From assembly GCA_965267575.1 (NCBI GenBank), contig OZ254086.1:1568001-1632000 (forward strand): a stretch of 64,000 nt of DNA, in the 5' to 3' direction. The stretch is from Calditrichales bacterium. GTDB taxonomy: Bacteria; Calditrichota; Calditrichia; Calditrichales; J004. The notes under the pieces are model-generated. The model had not been told where the DNA came from, made no database searches, and worked only from the letters and a program-made list of their open reading frames with translations. The translations under genes were made by a program, and so were the position numbers. Position 1 is the stretch's first letter; each line of letters starts with the position of its first letter. This document shows, one piece after another, positions 9,134 through 18,971 of this stretch.

Positions 9134-10677
9134 TGAACCGGGCCGCGCAGATGCAACGTCTGCAAGACGAAAAGAAGTGGGACGTGGTGATTATCGGGGG
9201 TGGTGCGACAGGGTTGGCCTGCGCAATGGACGCGGCCACGAGGGGCCTGCGCACCCTCCTTTTTGAACAGGGCGATTTTGCCGAAGCGACCTCCGGCCGC
9301 AGCACCAAACTGATACATGGCGGCGTGCGCTACCTGCGCCAGGGCAACATCCGGCTTGTGCGCGAAAGCCTGCGCGAGCGCGAGTTGCTGCTAAAAAACG
9401 CGCCGCACCTGGTTAATGAGATCCGTTTTGTTTTGCCCTGCTACGCCTGGCTGCAGATGCCCTGGTACGCGCTGGGTATGAAAATTTATGATGCTATTCG
9501 CGGCAACTCGCGTTTTGCGGATTCCGAAACATCCGGCTACGAAGATGTGCTTAAGCTTCTGCCCGGCATCAAAAGTGATGACTTGAAGGGGGCCGTCAGT
9601 TACAGCGACGCGCAATTCGATGACGCACGGCTGGCCCTGGAGATGGCGCTGACGGCAGGACGGCACGGCGCGCTTTGCCTGAACTATTTGCGTGTGGAAG
9701 ACGTCCGGCAAGCGGGTGACAGCTTTGAAATTAGCGCTCATGATCTTATTGCCGCGAAAGAGTACAGCTGCAGCGCACAGATGGTCATCAATGCCGGCGG
9801 CATTTACGGCGACCGCTGGCGGCAGGGTGATAAAGGCTACAGCCTGGTTTTGAGCCGTGGCAGCCACATTGTTCTTGATCAGGAGTTTCTGTCAACGAAA
9901 AATGCGCTGATTATTCCAAAAACGGAGGACGGTCGCGTCATTTTTGCCATACCCTGGCTGGGCAAGCTTGTGGTGGGCACAACCGATGTGGCTTGCAACG
10001 CGCCGGAGATGGATCCGCGGGTGACCGATGAAGAAATCGAATACCTGCTGGAACACCTGCAGCCATACCTGGCAAAAACGGCACAACTCAGCGATATCCG
10101 CTCTTGTTTTGCCGGCATCCGCCCGCTGATCGCCCGGCGTGAAAATAAGGCGACACAAGCGCTTAGCCGCGATCATAAGATTTGGCAGGATGACAGCAAC
10201 GGGCTGGTGCAGGTGGCCGGCGGTAAGTGGACCACTGCACGGCTTATGGCGGAAGAGACCATCGATTTTGTTTTGAAGGCAGCCGGAAAGCCGCCGCGCG
10301 CCTGTGTTACCAAGCACCTGGCCCTGGCAAACGATTCCGCGCAAAACGCCGGTGACCCGCAGCTCCGGCCATACGGCAACAAGGCAGGCGACGTCGCGGC
10401 GCTTATCAACAGTCATGCCCGCTGGCAGGAGCAGCTTCATCCGCGGCTTGAGGTGTTGAAGGGACAGGTGTTGTGGGCGGTACGCCATGAGCTGGCGTTA
10501 ACGGTTGCCGATGTGTTGTCGCGCAGAACACGCAGCCTTCTGCTGGATGCCCCCGCTGCCCTGGAAAGCGCCGAAGCCGTTGCCGCGATCATGGCTGAAG
10601 AACTGGACTGGAGCGCGGAAGAACGGCAGGCGCAAATCGAACGCTTTAAACAATCGGCGCAGCACTATGTTGCCTGA
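9133..10677 (+). CDS. glpD: FAD-dependent glycerol-3-phosphate dehydrogenase
   Basis: IIGGGATG, TSGRSTKLIHGGVRYL, QFDDARL, GGKWTT, DVLSRRTR. Confidence 0.92.
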   Translation: MNRAAQMQRLQDEKKWDVVIIGGGATGLACAMDAATRGLRTLLFEQGDFAEATSGRSTKLIHGGVRYLRQGNIRLVRESLRERELLLKNAPHLVNEIRFVLPCYAWLQMPWYALGMKIYDAIRGNSRFADSETSGYEDVLKLLPGIKSDDLKGAVSYSDAQFDDARLALEMALTAGRHGALCLNYLRVEDVRQAGDSFEISAHDLIAAKEYSCSAQMVINAGGIYGDRWRQGDKGYSLVLSRGSHIVLDQEFLSTKNALIIPKTEDGRVIFAIPWLGKLVVGTTDVACNAPEMDPRVTDEEIEYLLEHLQPYLAKTAQLSDIRSCFAGIRPLIARRENKATQALSRDHKIWQDDSNGLVQVAGGKWTTARLMAEETIDFVLKAAGKPPRACVTKHLALANDSAQNAGDPQLRPYGNKAGDVAALINSHARWQEQLHPRLEVLKGQVLWAVRHELALTVADVLSRRTRSLLLDAPAALESAEAVAAIMAEELDWSAEERQAQIERFKQSAQHYVA

Positions 10678-10735
10678 TATGTGTATATAAACAATAGAAA
10701 GAAGTAATTTTTTAGTTAGAAAAAAGGGAATCGTT

Positions 10736-11857
10736 ATGAAGAATGTTTTCAAGTCAGCAGCCGTTTTTTTGGCGATGATTTTGCTGTTTTCCTGCAGCGA
10801 TACGGAAGCCGTCAAGGAAGAGTTCAGCCAGAAAAGCGACATAATCGCCAAAACATATATTGAAGACCGCAGCCTGGATGTGTTTGACGCAAGGCTGGAG
10901 TACGATGAGGAAGGCTGGGAACTGGAAGGCGCGGCCACCCGCGAGGATGTGCGCGTGGCTGTCGAAAACCTGGCCGATTCCCTACTTGGCCCGCAGATGT
11001 ACACCAACAGCTTTGTTATGCTGCCGCAGGTGGAACTGGGCGACAGCATCTATGCCGTTACCATGGTCAGTGTAACGCCATTACGCCGCACGCCGCGGCA
11101 CAGCGCGGAAATGGTCGATCAAACCGTGATGGGGCGCGAGTTGAAATTGCTGCAGAAACGCGGCGGCTGGTATCGCGCGCAAACCCATTACAATTACGTG
11201 GGATGGGTTAACAGCAGCGCAATCTGGCGCACAGATTCCAGCGGGCTTGCACAATGGCGAAAAGCGCCAAAAGTGCGCGTAACGGCGTTGAACGGTTTTG
11301 TTTACAGCGACGCCCTGGAAGAGAGCTACCCGGTGACGGACATTGTTTTAAATATGAATATGAAATTGGTGGACAGGGGTCGCGCATGGACCATGGTGGA
11401 AACACCAGATGGGCGGCGTGGCTATATACCCAGTGGCCAGGTGGAGCCATACCAAAGCAAGGAACCTAAAACCCGCCAGGCACTTCTGGAAACGGCGCGC
11501 AGCATGATGGGGGTACCCTATCTGTGGGGCGGCAATTCTAGCAAAGGCAACGATTGTTCCGGTTTTACTCAGACCGTTTTTATCAACCATGGCGTGGAGA
11601 TCCCGCGCGATGCCAGCCAGCAGGCGCGTGTTGGTGAGACCATTATTCCGGATTCCACCTTCGGCAATGTTTTGCCCGGTGACCTTTTCTTCTTTGGCTA
11701 TAACGGCCGTATTACCCATGTCGGTATCGGGCTTGGCGGGGCCGATTTCATTGATCAGGGCGGACGCGTGGCTTATAACAGCCTGGATGAAGAGAGTCCG
11801 TTGTTCAATGAATACCGCAAACGTACATTTGTAACCATTAAACGCGTACTAAACTAA
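10736..11857 (+). CDS. SH3b + NlpC/P60 gamma-D-Glu-diamino-acid endopeptidase (YkfC/DPP VI-like), lipoprotein
   Basis: Lipobox LLFSC; two SH3b-like segments; PYLWGG, DCSG, PRDASQQ, HVG catalytic motifs. Confidence 0.85.
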   Translation: MKNVFKSAAVFLAMILLFSCSDTEAVKEEFSQKSDIIAKTYIEDRSLDVFDARLEYDEEGWELEGAATREDVRVAVENLADSLLGPQMYTNSFVMLPQVELGDSIYAVTMVSVTPLRRTPRHSAEMVDQTVMGRELKLLQKRGGWYRAQTHYNYVGWVNSSAIWRTDSSGLAQWRKAPKVRVTALNGFVYSDALEESYPVTDIVLNMNMKLVDRGRAWTMVETPDGRRGYIPSGQVEPYQSKEPKTRQALLETARSMMGVPYLWGGNSSKGNDCSGFTQTVFINHGVEIPRDASQQARVGETIIPDSTFGNVLPGDLFFFGYNGRITHVGIGLGGADFIDQGGRVAYNSLDEESPLFNEYRKRTFVTIKRVLN

Positions 11858-11869
11858 GGGCTGTTCAAA

Positions 11870-12886
11870 ATGCAGCTAAAAGTAGAGACAAAGCGGCTGA
11901 CGCTAAAAACCAAATGGACTATTGCCCGTGGTAGCAGCGATTACAAAGACAACGTGTTTGTAGAATTGGAGCATGATGGCATCACCGGGATAGGCGAGGC
12001 CGCGCCAAATACACGTTACAAAGAGAGCGCCGGGGAGACGACGAAACGGCTAAACGAAATCCTGCCGCTGATTGGGAGCGCCAACCCGCTCCATTACAGC
12101 AGCCTTATCGGCAAGGTGCGCCAGGCCTTTGAAGGGCAGAGTTGCGCCAAGGCCGCTTTTGACATAGCGCTGCACGACTGGGTCGGAAAAAAATGGGGCA
12201 TACCGCTTTACGCCCTGTGGGGCCTGGATCCGCGAAACGCGCCGCTAAGTTCTTATTCCATTGGTATTGATGAGCCGGAAAAGATGGCCGCCCTGGCCGC
12301 TGCAAATTCCGCTATGCCGGTTTTTAAAATAAAGCTGGGCAGTAAAAACGATCGGGCGATCATTGAGGCGATCCGCCACGTAACGGACAAACCTATCCGT
12401 GTGGACGCCAATGAAGGCTGGACTGACCGCCAACAGGCGCTGAATGAGATTAAATGGCTTGCCGGCAAAGGCGTGGAATTTGTCGAACAGCCTATGCCCG
12501 AAGCGCAGCATGAAGATATGGTCTGGCTCAAACAACATTCGCCACTGCCGCTCATCGCCGATGAATCGGTGCACGTGGCTTCGGATATTCCGCGTTTGGC
12601 GGAAGCTTTCCATGGCATTAATATCAAACTGATGAAGTCTGAAGGGTTGCTGGAGGCGCTGGGCATGATACGTATGGCGCGCGCCATGGGCCTGAAGGTG
12701 ATGCTGGGCTGTATGGTGGAAAGCAGTATTGCCATCTCAGCCGCGGCGCACCTTGCACCGCTTACCGATTACATTGACCTTGATGGCGCCCTTCTTCTGG
12801 CCAATGACCCGGCCCGGGGCGTGGAAAACAGGAACGGAAAATTATTTTTTAATGAGCAGCCCGGACTTGGGGCCGGTATGAAATAA
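11870..12886 (+). CDS. L-Ala-D/L-Glu dipeptide epimerase (enolase superfamily, YkfB/YcjG-like)
   Basis: IARG, KIK, DANEGW, EQP, ADES, NIKLMK, GCMVE and DLDG motifs; adjacent to the YkfC-like peptidase. Confidence 0.9.
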   Translation: MQLKVETKRLTLKTKWTIARGSSDYKDNVFVELEHDGITGIGEAAPNTRYKESAGETTKRLNEILPLIGSANPLHYSSLIGKVRQAFEGQSCAKAAFDIALHDWVGKKWGIPLYALWGLDPRNAPLSSYSIGIDEPEKMAALAAANSAMPVFKIKLGSKNDRAIIEAIRHVTDKPIRVDANEGWTDRQQALNEIKWLAGKGVEFVEQPMPEAQHEDMVWLKQHSPLPLIADESVHVASDIPRLAEAFHGINIKLMKSEGLLEALGMIRMARAMGLKVMLGCMVESSIAISAAAHLAPLTDYIDLDGALLLANDPARGVENRNGKLFFNEQPGLGAGMK

Positions 12887-12913
12887 AAAAAGCCGGGCGC
12901 TTTGCCCGGCTTT
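12885..12913. terminator. Bidirectional intrinsic terminator between convergent genes
   Basis: A-run, AAAGCCGGGC-gcttt-GCCCGGCTTT. Confidence 0.85.
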
Positions 12914-12930
12914 ATCTAAATGTTTTTGTC

Positions 12931-13857
12931 TCAATCGTAAACCGGCGTCAGCCAGCCGTCCGGTGCCGGATATTCCCCGTTGAAAATATCAAAGAAGCTT
13001 TTTTGAACTTTTTCGGTAATCGGGCCTCTCTTGCCGATACCCACTTTTATTTTATCCACCGAACGTATAGGTGTAATTTCCGCGGCAGTACCGGTAAAGA
13101 AAATTTCATCGGCGATATAGAGGCTTTCACGCGGCAGGGCCTCACGCGCCAGGCTCAGACCCATATTTTCGATAATGTGAATAACCGTGCTGCGGGTTAT
13201 GCCCGGCAGAATGGCACTGCTTAATTCCGGTGTAAAAGCCGTTTGTCCCTTGATCAGGAAAATGTTCTCGCCGCTCCCTTCAGCCAGAAATCCCTGGTGG
13301 TCCAGAGCGATGCCCTCAACATAGCCGTTCAGCACAGCTTCCATTTTGATCAGCTGCGAGTTCATATAATTACCGGCGGCCTTGGCCATTGCCGGCAGCG
13401 TGTTGGGCGCCATGCGGTTCCATGTGGAAACCATAACATCAACGCCGTTCTCCAGAGCACCTTCGCCAAGGTATTTACCCCATTCCCAAACACAGATATA
13501 AGTTTCAATCGGATTGTGCAGCGGGTTAACGCCAAACCGTCCAAAACCGCGAAAGACCACCGGACGGATGTAGCACTCTTTCATATCATTTTCGCGGATC
13601 GTTTGCATAACGGCTTCGCACAGCTGGTCCACATCGTACTCGGGCTCCATCCTGTAGATCCTGGCCGAGTTAATCAACCTGTGCATATGTTCCCGCAGGC
13701 GAAAAACCGCCGGGCCGTTGGCTGTGTTATAACACCGTATTCCCTCAAAAACCGAGGTTCCATAATGAACTACATGCGACATAACATGAATATTAGCTTC
13801 ATCCCAATTAATAAATGAGCCGTTTTTCCAGACCTTCTGTCCGATCTTATTTGACAT
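12931..13857 (-). CDS. ilvE: Branched-chain amino acid aminotransferase
   Basis: HYGTSVFEGIR, FRLREH, YIRP, AKAAGNY, EGSGENIF, LPGITR, GTAAEITP. Confidence 0.93.
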   Translation of the reverse strand: MSNKIGQKVWKNGSFINWDEANIHVMSHVVHYGTSVFEGIRCYNTANGPAVFRLREHMHRLINSARIYRMEPEYDVDQLCEAVMQTIRENDMKECYIRPVVFRGFGRFGVNPLHNPIETYICVWEWGKYLGEGALENGVDVMVSTWNRMAPNTLPAMAKAAGNYMNSQLIKMEAVLNGYVEGIALDHQGFLAEGSGENIFLIKGQTAFTPELSSAILPGITRSTVIHIIENMGLSLAREALPRESLYIADEIFFTGTAAEITPIRSVDKIKVGIGKRGPITEKVQKSFFDIFNGEYPAPDGWLTPVYD

Positions 13858-13874
13858 TCTATGCTCCTTGTCTG

Positions 13875-14495
13875 TTAATCATCTTCAAGCGCCTGGAACG
13901 ATACATCACGAATGGCGAATTTTTGCCAGCCTTTTAAGTCGTAATGCCACCACTCGCTTTCCAAACGCTCAAAGCCGTATTTTTCCATAATTGTCCGCAA
14001 AATCCAACGGTTAATCAAAACCTGATGCGGCAGATCCATAAAACCATGATGTGCTTTTTCTGAGAAGTCATCAAAATCCGTTGGCATAGCCAGATCGTTG
14101 CCGTTTCTGTCAACCAATGTTAAATCCACCGCCGCACCCCGGTTGTGACGGCTGCCGTTTTTGGGATTGGCAACATAGCGCGAATCGGGCATAACTTCCC
14201 ACATCCGGCGCTGCACCGATAGCGGTCTGTATCCGTCAAAAATTTTTAATCCCAGGCCGATCGTTTCCAATTCCTGTTGAATGGAATCAAGTTTTACAGC
14301 GACTGCATACCTGACGATACATTGCGCCTTTTGGTACACTTTTTCGCCAAGAAAATTATTCTGCGTCGCGTAGCGAATGTCCAGCCGGATGGACGGGTTG
14401 ATATTAAGAATATTTACAAAGCTGCTGTCGGATTGCGAAAATCCCCGGGATGCACATAAAAGAAAAACGGCCAGGAAGATTTTAAAGCCGGCCAT
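13875..14495 (-). CDS. ddpX: D-Ala-D-Ala dipeptidase (VanX/DdpX, M15D) with signal peptide
   Basis: DIRYAT, FDGYRP, SRHNRGAAVDLTL, EWWHY motifs. Confidence 0.9.
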   Translation of the reverse strand: MAGFKIFLAVFLLCASRGFSQSDSSFVNILNINPSIRLDIRYATQNNFLGEKVYQKAQCIVRYAVAVKLDSIQQELETIGLGLKIFDGYRPLSVQRRMWEVMPDSRYVANPKNGSRHNRGAAVDLTLVDRNGNDLAMPTDFDDFSEKAHHGFMDLPHQVLINRWILRTIMEKYGFERLESEWWHYDLKGWQKFAIRDVSFQALEDD

Positions 14496-14499
14496 GGTC

Positions 14500-14835
14500 T
14501 CAGCGCTTTTTTCTGCTCATGAACGTATTTAACAGCTTGATGAGACTGGTAATGATCCTGCCGATCGTTTGAATAGGCTGTTTAATCTCATTGATGACCA
14601 TGTTTTCCAATTCACTAAACTTGGCAACGCTTTGCTGGATCTGATCGCTGGCGCTGTCCAGCTTTTTGCTCACGCTGTTAAGGTTGGACATCACTTCCGG
14701 CAGATCTTTGTTAACGCTGTCCAGCGTAGTATTCACTTTAGAAACCGATTCACGCAGCCTAAGGACGACGGGAATCAACAAAACTACAAGCACTGTAAGA
14801 GCAATCAGGAACACCGTAAAGGCTATTTCCCACAT
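14500..14835 (-). CDS. DUF948/YoxC-like membrane-anchored coiled-coil protein
   Basis: N-terminal TM plus heptad helix; typical partner of YtxH. Confidence 0.75.
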   Translation of the reverse strand: MWEIAFTVFLIALTVLVVLLIPVVLRLRESVSKVNTTLDSVNKDLPEVMSNLNSVSKKLDSASDQIQQSVAKFSELENMVINEIKQPIQTIGRIITSLIKLLNTFMSRKKR

Positions 14836-14871
14836 AATATACCTTTCTGTCTTCGTTCGGGGAGGAGCGTG

Positions 14872-15210
14872 TTACTTAGCTTTGGACTTTGAGTTTTTGG
14901 GCGTTTCTTTTGCTTCGTCCTCATCATCCATGGAGGAAGCAATACCTTCTTCAAAGGCACGTTCTTCTGCCGTTTGGCCCGGCTGCTTGCGCTTCTCCAT
15001 GTTTTTGGTGATTCGTTCCTTCAGGTCGCTCAGCTCATCCCGAACTTTATCCAGTTCGCTCTTGGCCTTGTCGATAATATCATCGCTTTCGTCCTTCAGG
15101 TCTTCACGGAAATCGTGGCCCGATTTAGGTGCAAACAATAACCCGGCGATAACGCCCATAGCGCCACCTAAAAGAAAACCTTTAATGAAACCGCTGTTTT
15201 CAGTTGACAT
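14872..15210 (-). CDS. YtxH domain protein
   Basis: GFLLGGAMGVIAGLLFAPKSG motif; SD GGAGG upstream of ATG 15210. Confidence 0.88.
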   Translation of the reverse strand: MSTENSGFIKGFLLGGAMGVIAGLLFAPKSGHDFREDLKDESDDIIDKAKSELDKVRDELSDLKERITKNMEKRKQPGQTAEERAFEEGIASSMDDEDEAKETPKNSKSKAK

Positions 15211-15360
15211 GATATATCCTCCCATCAAATTGGTCGTGATTTTTAAACACCCTAAAAATATTAAAATAAGGCAATATTTACAAAATAATCCCGCAAAAAT
15301 CGCAGCGCCGTCCGAAGCGTGCTCATTAAATTTTGCGGATTATAAATTCGCTTTGACGCG

Positions 15361-15389
15361 TTGACAAGGAATTGATTTAATCTTATATT
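15361..15389 (+). promoter_or_regulatory. Sigma70-type promoter for rpoZ
   Basis: TTGACA-17bp-TATATT. Confidence 0.7.
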
Positions 15390-15422
15390 TCACAGCTTTG
15401 TAAAATTCAACGGAGATAGTTC

Positions 15423-15731
15423 ATGGCCATCCAAACGATTGATCTGCGCGAGATGCGGAAAAAGAACCTCAATGTATATGAAGCCTGCCTGCTTATTGCG
15501 GCACGCGCCCGCCAGATTAACGCCAAGAGAGTGGAAGAAAAGAAAGAAAACGAAATTCTCAGCGACATGGATCTGTATGATGAAGCCGATATCTATGATC
15601 GCGAATTAATGGAAGATATCAAATTCGAAAAAGAAATCAATCCGACGGTTATAGCACAAGACGAATTTTTCAGTGATAAAATTCACGCTTATTACGTGGA
15701 GCCGGAAAAAGAGGAAGAAGAAGAGTCTTAA
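15423..15731 (+). CDS. rpoZ: RNA polymerase omega subunit
   Basis: NVYEACLLIAARARQIN, then PTVIA, as in FCB-type omega subunits. Confidence 0.82.
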   Translation: MAIQTIDLREMRKKNLNVYEACLLIAARARQINAKRVEEKKENEILSDMDLYDEADIYDRELMEDIKFEKEINPTVIAQDEFFSDKIHAYYVEPEKEEEEES

Positions 15732-15854
15732 AATATCGCCGCGAGCAAACAAGCTTTGCCGAAAGGGCGCTTTAATTATTAATTGACTCATTTTTAGATT
15801 TATTTTATTTTCCTGAACGTTATCCCTTCACTCGTATTAGTCCCAGGAGCAGCT

Positions 15855-16193
15855 ATGAAAATCAAAGAAAAAATTGAAAATCACGTTGCCGTGTTAACGC
15901 TTTCCGGTAAGATGATGGGTGGTCCTGACACGCAGGCCGTTCATGATCATATCAAAGGGTTGATTAATGACGGGGTTAAAAACGTTGTTATTGACCTGGG
16001 CGAGGTTAAGTGGATGAACAGTTCGGGCATGGGTACCCTGATGGCTTGTATGACGACGTTGAACAATTCCGACGGTAATCTTGCCCTGGCCCGTGTAACG
16101 GAAAAAGTGGAGAGCCTGTTAATCATTACGCAGCTTATTAAAGTTTTCAAGACGTATGAAACTGTCGAACGGGCCGTTTCTTCCTTCAGTTAA
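15855..16193 (+). CDS. STAS-domain anti-sigma factor antagonist
   Basis: IDLGEVKWMNSSGMGTL motif containing the phosphorylatable Ser. Confidence 0.92.
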   Translation: MKIKEKIENHVAVLTLSGKMMGGPDTQAVHDHIKGLINDGVKNVVIDLGEVKWMNSSGMGTLMACMTTLNNSDGNLALARVTEKVESLLIITQLIKVFKTYETVERAVSSFS

Positions 16194-16211
16194 TACTTCC
16201 TTTAAATGTGT

Positions 16212-16251
16212 AAAAAAAGGGATTAGGTAAACTTGGCCTGATCCCTTTTTT
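16212..16251 (+). terminator. Intrinsic terminator after the STAS gene
   Basis: AAAAAAAGGGATTAGG-loop-CCTGATCCCTTTTTT. Confidence 0.75.
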
Positions 16252-16278
16252 CGTTTAAAATAGTCATCACAAAAAAAC

Positions 16279-18036
16279 ATGAAAGCACAGACCATGGACG
16301 AGCAATCCAAAGTCAGGGAATTAGAGGAACAGCTCAAGCGCCATAAGCGCCAGATGGACTCCATTCAGCATATCGGCAGATCGCTCAGCTCGGAGCTACA
16401 GCTGGAGCGTCTGGCCCTGATTGTGATCAAAGAAGTAAACAAGCTGATGGATGCGGAGCGCGGAACCCTGTACATCGTGGACAAGGAAAAAGGTGAGCTT
16501 TGGTCAAAGGTGGCTCAGGATGCGGAGATCAAGGAAATCCGTCTGCCCATCGGTTTGGGTATTGCCGGCCATGTGGCCAAAACCGGCGATGTGATCAATA
16601 TACCGGATGCCTACAGCGACAAAAGATTCAATCCCGAAATAGACAAGAAGACCGGCTTTAAAACGCGCAGCATACTCTGCATGCCCATCTTTGAGGCCAG
16701 CAATGATGCAAAAAAAGAACGCAATATCATCGGTGTACTGCAGATCCTAAATAAAAAGGACGGTGTTTTTACCGAGGAAGACGAAGAACTTCTGGCTTCG
16801 ATGGCGTCGCAGATTGCCATTGCCCTGAACAATTCCCAGCTTTATTCGCGATTGGCTAAAAAAGTTAACGAACTCAATCTGTTAATAAACACGGAACGGG
16901 CGATCACCAAAGCTTACGACCTAGATGAACTGCTGGTGCTGCTGATTGACCAGCTTACTGAGACCATCGGCGCGCAGGCGGCACTTATTACCCTGCGCGA
17001 CCCCAAGACAAATGAATTTTCGCGCCGTGTTGTCAAGGAAATCGATGAAGAAAAAGTGAAAGACCTGCGCTTTTCCGGCAACACAGGTATCGTTGGCAAG
17101 GTAGTGCAAAGCGGGGAGTTTTATTTTACAAACAACGCTGCCGAAGATGAGCTGTTCAATGATGCCTTTGCAAAAAAAATCGGCATAAAGGTGGCGCAGG
17201 TTGCTTGTGTGCCCATTAAAGAAGGCGACCGCGTTATCGGCGTTATGGAGGTGTTCAACAAGCGTGGCGAGAACGACTACTTCCGTGAGGATGAAATGAT
17301 CCTGCTGACTTCACTCGCCAGCCAAATCTCGCGCACCATTGAGAATTACCGCCTGCGTGAAGAAAAAATGAAGGCCGACCGTCTGTCTGCCATTGGCAAT
17401 ATGATGAGCACCATTGTCCACGATCTGCGCACACCGATGAATAATATCTACGGTTTTGTAGATCTGATGCTGGAGGAAGAGGATAAGGACGTACGCAAAG
17501 AGTACGGTGACATCGTTGTCCAGCAGATTAAGTTTTTGACCAATATGACCACCGATGTGCTCGATTTCTCAAAGGGCAAATCGAGTATCCTGCCCGTTAA
17601 ATGTGCCGTTAATAAAATCCTGGAAGACTTCGCCAAATTCTTTAAAGGCGATATCGAGAAGAAGGGCTATCATTTTGAATACGCCTGTAACGTGGCTGCC
17701 AGCGTATATGTAGATCCGGAGAAGGTGCAACGCGTTTTCATGAACATTATGAAAAACGGCATCGAGGCTATGGACAAGGGCGGCAAATTTTCAATTATCG
17801 CCAACCAGAAGGGTGAGGATATTGAGTTCCTGCTTTCCGACACCGGTACCGGTATCCCGCCGGAAATAAAAGACAGCCTGTTTGATTCCTTCGTTACAAA
17901 GGGTAAAGAAGGGGGCACAGGTCTCGGTCTGGCTATTGTAAAAAAACTGGTGGAAGAACAAAAAGGTCGTATTGAGGTAGATACGGAATATCTGCAGGGA
18001 ACGACATTTAAGATCTATTTCCCCAAAATGAAATGA
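16279..18036 (+). CDS. Cytoplasmic tandem-GAF sensor histidine kinase
   Basis: Two GAF domains with NKFDE-type motifs (LNKKDGVFTEEDE; FNKR...FREDE), H-box VHDLRTP, DTGTGI, GTGLGL. Confidence 0.92.
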   Translation: MKAQTMDEQSKVRELEEQLKRHKRQMDSIQHIGRSLSSELQLERLALIVIKEVNKLMDAERGTLYIVDKEKGELWSKVAQDAEIKEIRLPIGLGIAGHVAKTGDVINIPDAYSDKRFNPEIDKKTGFKTRSILCMPIFEASNDAKKERNIIGVLQILNKKDGVFTEEDEELLASMASQIAIALNNSQLYSRLAKKVNELNLLINTERAITKAYDLDELLVLLIDQLTETIGAQAALITLRDPKTNEFSRRVVKEIDEEKVKDLRFSGNTGIVGKVVQSGEFYFTNNAAEDELFNDAFAKKIGIKVAQVACVPIKEGDRVIGVMEVFNKRGENDYFREDEMILLTSLASQISRTIENYRLREEKMKADRLSAIGNMMSTIVHDLRTPMNNIYGFVDLMLEEEDKDVRKEYGDIVVQQIKFLTNMTTDVLDFSKGKSSILPVKCAVNKILEDFAKFFKGDIEKKGYHFEYACNVAASVYVDPEKVQRVFMNIMKNGIEAMDKGGKFSIIANQKGEDIEFLLSDTGTGIPPEIKDSLFDSFVTKGKEGGTGLGLAIVKKLVEEQKGRIEVDTEYLQGTTFKIYFPKMK

Positions 18037-18971
18037 AGCCGCTGGTTTATATTACCGACCCCGTTTTTGCAGAACACAATCCCGGCCCTTTCCACCCGGA
18101 ACGTCCGGAACGCATAAGGCATCTTTGGTCTTATTTGGAAGACAATCCCCTTGAAAATATAGTAAAACGCCGGCCACAGCCCGCGGCAAAGGAAGATCTC
18201 CTGCGTGTACATAGCCACGAAATGATTGAAACAATCCTGGCTACGCGCGGCAAGGAGCAGGTAGTTCTGGACATTGGCGATACAATTGCCGGGCCGCGTT
18301 CGGCCGATGCCGGACTTATGGCGGCAGGCAGCACGATCGCCGCGGTTAAAGCCGTTTTTGAGGAGGATTATCAGCGGGCTTTTGTTGCTGTCCGGCCGCC
18401 GGGCCATCATTCGGAGAGCAACCGCATTATGGGCTTTTGCCTGTTTAACAACATTGCCGTGGCCGGCGCCTACGCCCTGGAAAAATACGCGCAACGCATT
18501 CTGATTGTAGACTGGGATGTACACCACGGCAACGGCACGCAGGAAATTTTTTACGATTCGGACCGGCTGTTTTATGTGAGCATTCATCAGTCACCGCTGT
18601 TTCCGGGCACAGGCGCCTCGAATGAAACGGGCAGAGGCCCCGGCAAAGGTTTTACGCTTAATTACCCTTTGCGCCCGGGCATGGGCGACGATATATGGTG
18701 CGATACGTTGGAAGAAGCGCTGGCAACCGTCGAACAAAAATTCAAGCCCGACCTGCTGATGCTGTCGGCGGGTTTTGATGCCCACTTCAATGATCCGGTT
18801 GGATCGATGCAGGTGACGGAAAAAGGCTTTGCCCGGATGACCGATATGCTATGCGCTTTCGCGAACAAAAACTGCTCCGGCAGGTTTGTCTCTGTTTTGG
18901 AGGGCGGCTATGACCTTGACGGTCTGGCGCGTTCCGTTCATGTGCACCTAAAAAGACTTATGGAGATATGA
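18033..18971 (+). CDS. Histone deacetylase family amidohydrolase
   Basis: [43 protein letters not shown]. Confidence 0.95.
   Translation: MKPLVYITDPVFAEHNPGPFHPERPERIRHLWSYLEDNPLENIVKRRPQPAAKEDLLRVHSHEMIETILATRGKEQVVLDIGDTIAGPRSADAGLMAAGSTIAAVKAVFEEDYQRAFVAVRPPGHHSESNRIMGFCLFNNIAVAGAYALEKYAQRILIVDWDVHHGNGTQEIFYDSDRLFYVSIHQSPLFPGTGASNETGRGPGKGFTLNYPLRPGMGDDIWCDTLEEALATVEQKFKPDLLMLSAGFDAHFNDPVGSMQVTEKGFARMTDMLCAFANKNCSGRFVSVLEGGYDLDGLARSVHVHLKRLMEI

Noticed and set aside
12931-13857. D-amino-acid transaminase, suggested by the neighbouring D-Ala-D-Ala dipeptidase
   Set aside because: Motifs (HYG..VFEG, YIRP, KAAGNY, GTAA) match IlvE-type branched-chain aminotransferases.
13875-14495. vanX as part of a vancomycin-resistance cluster
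   Set aside because: No vanH, vanA, vanR or vanS nearby; it has a signal peptide and fits a housekeeping DdpX.
15285-15343. Inverted repeat ATAATCCCGCAAAA...TTTTGCGGATTAT between divergent ytxH and rpoZ
   Set aside because: Single imperfect copy with no recognisable RNA family or operator; cannot be assigned.
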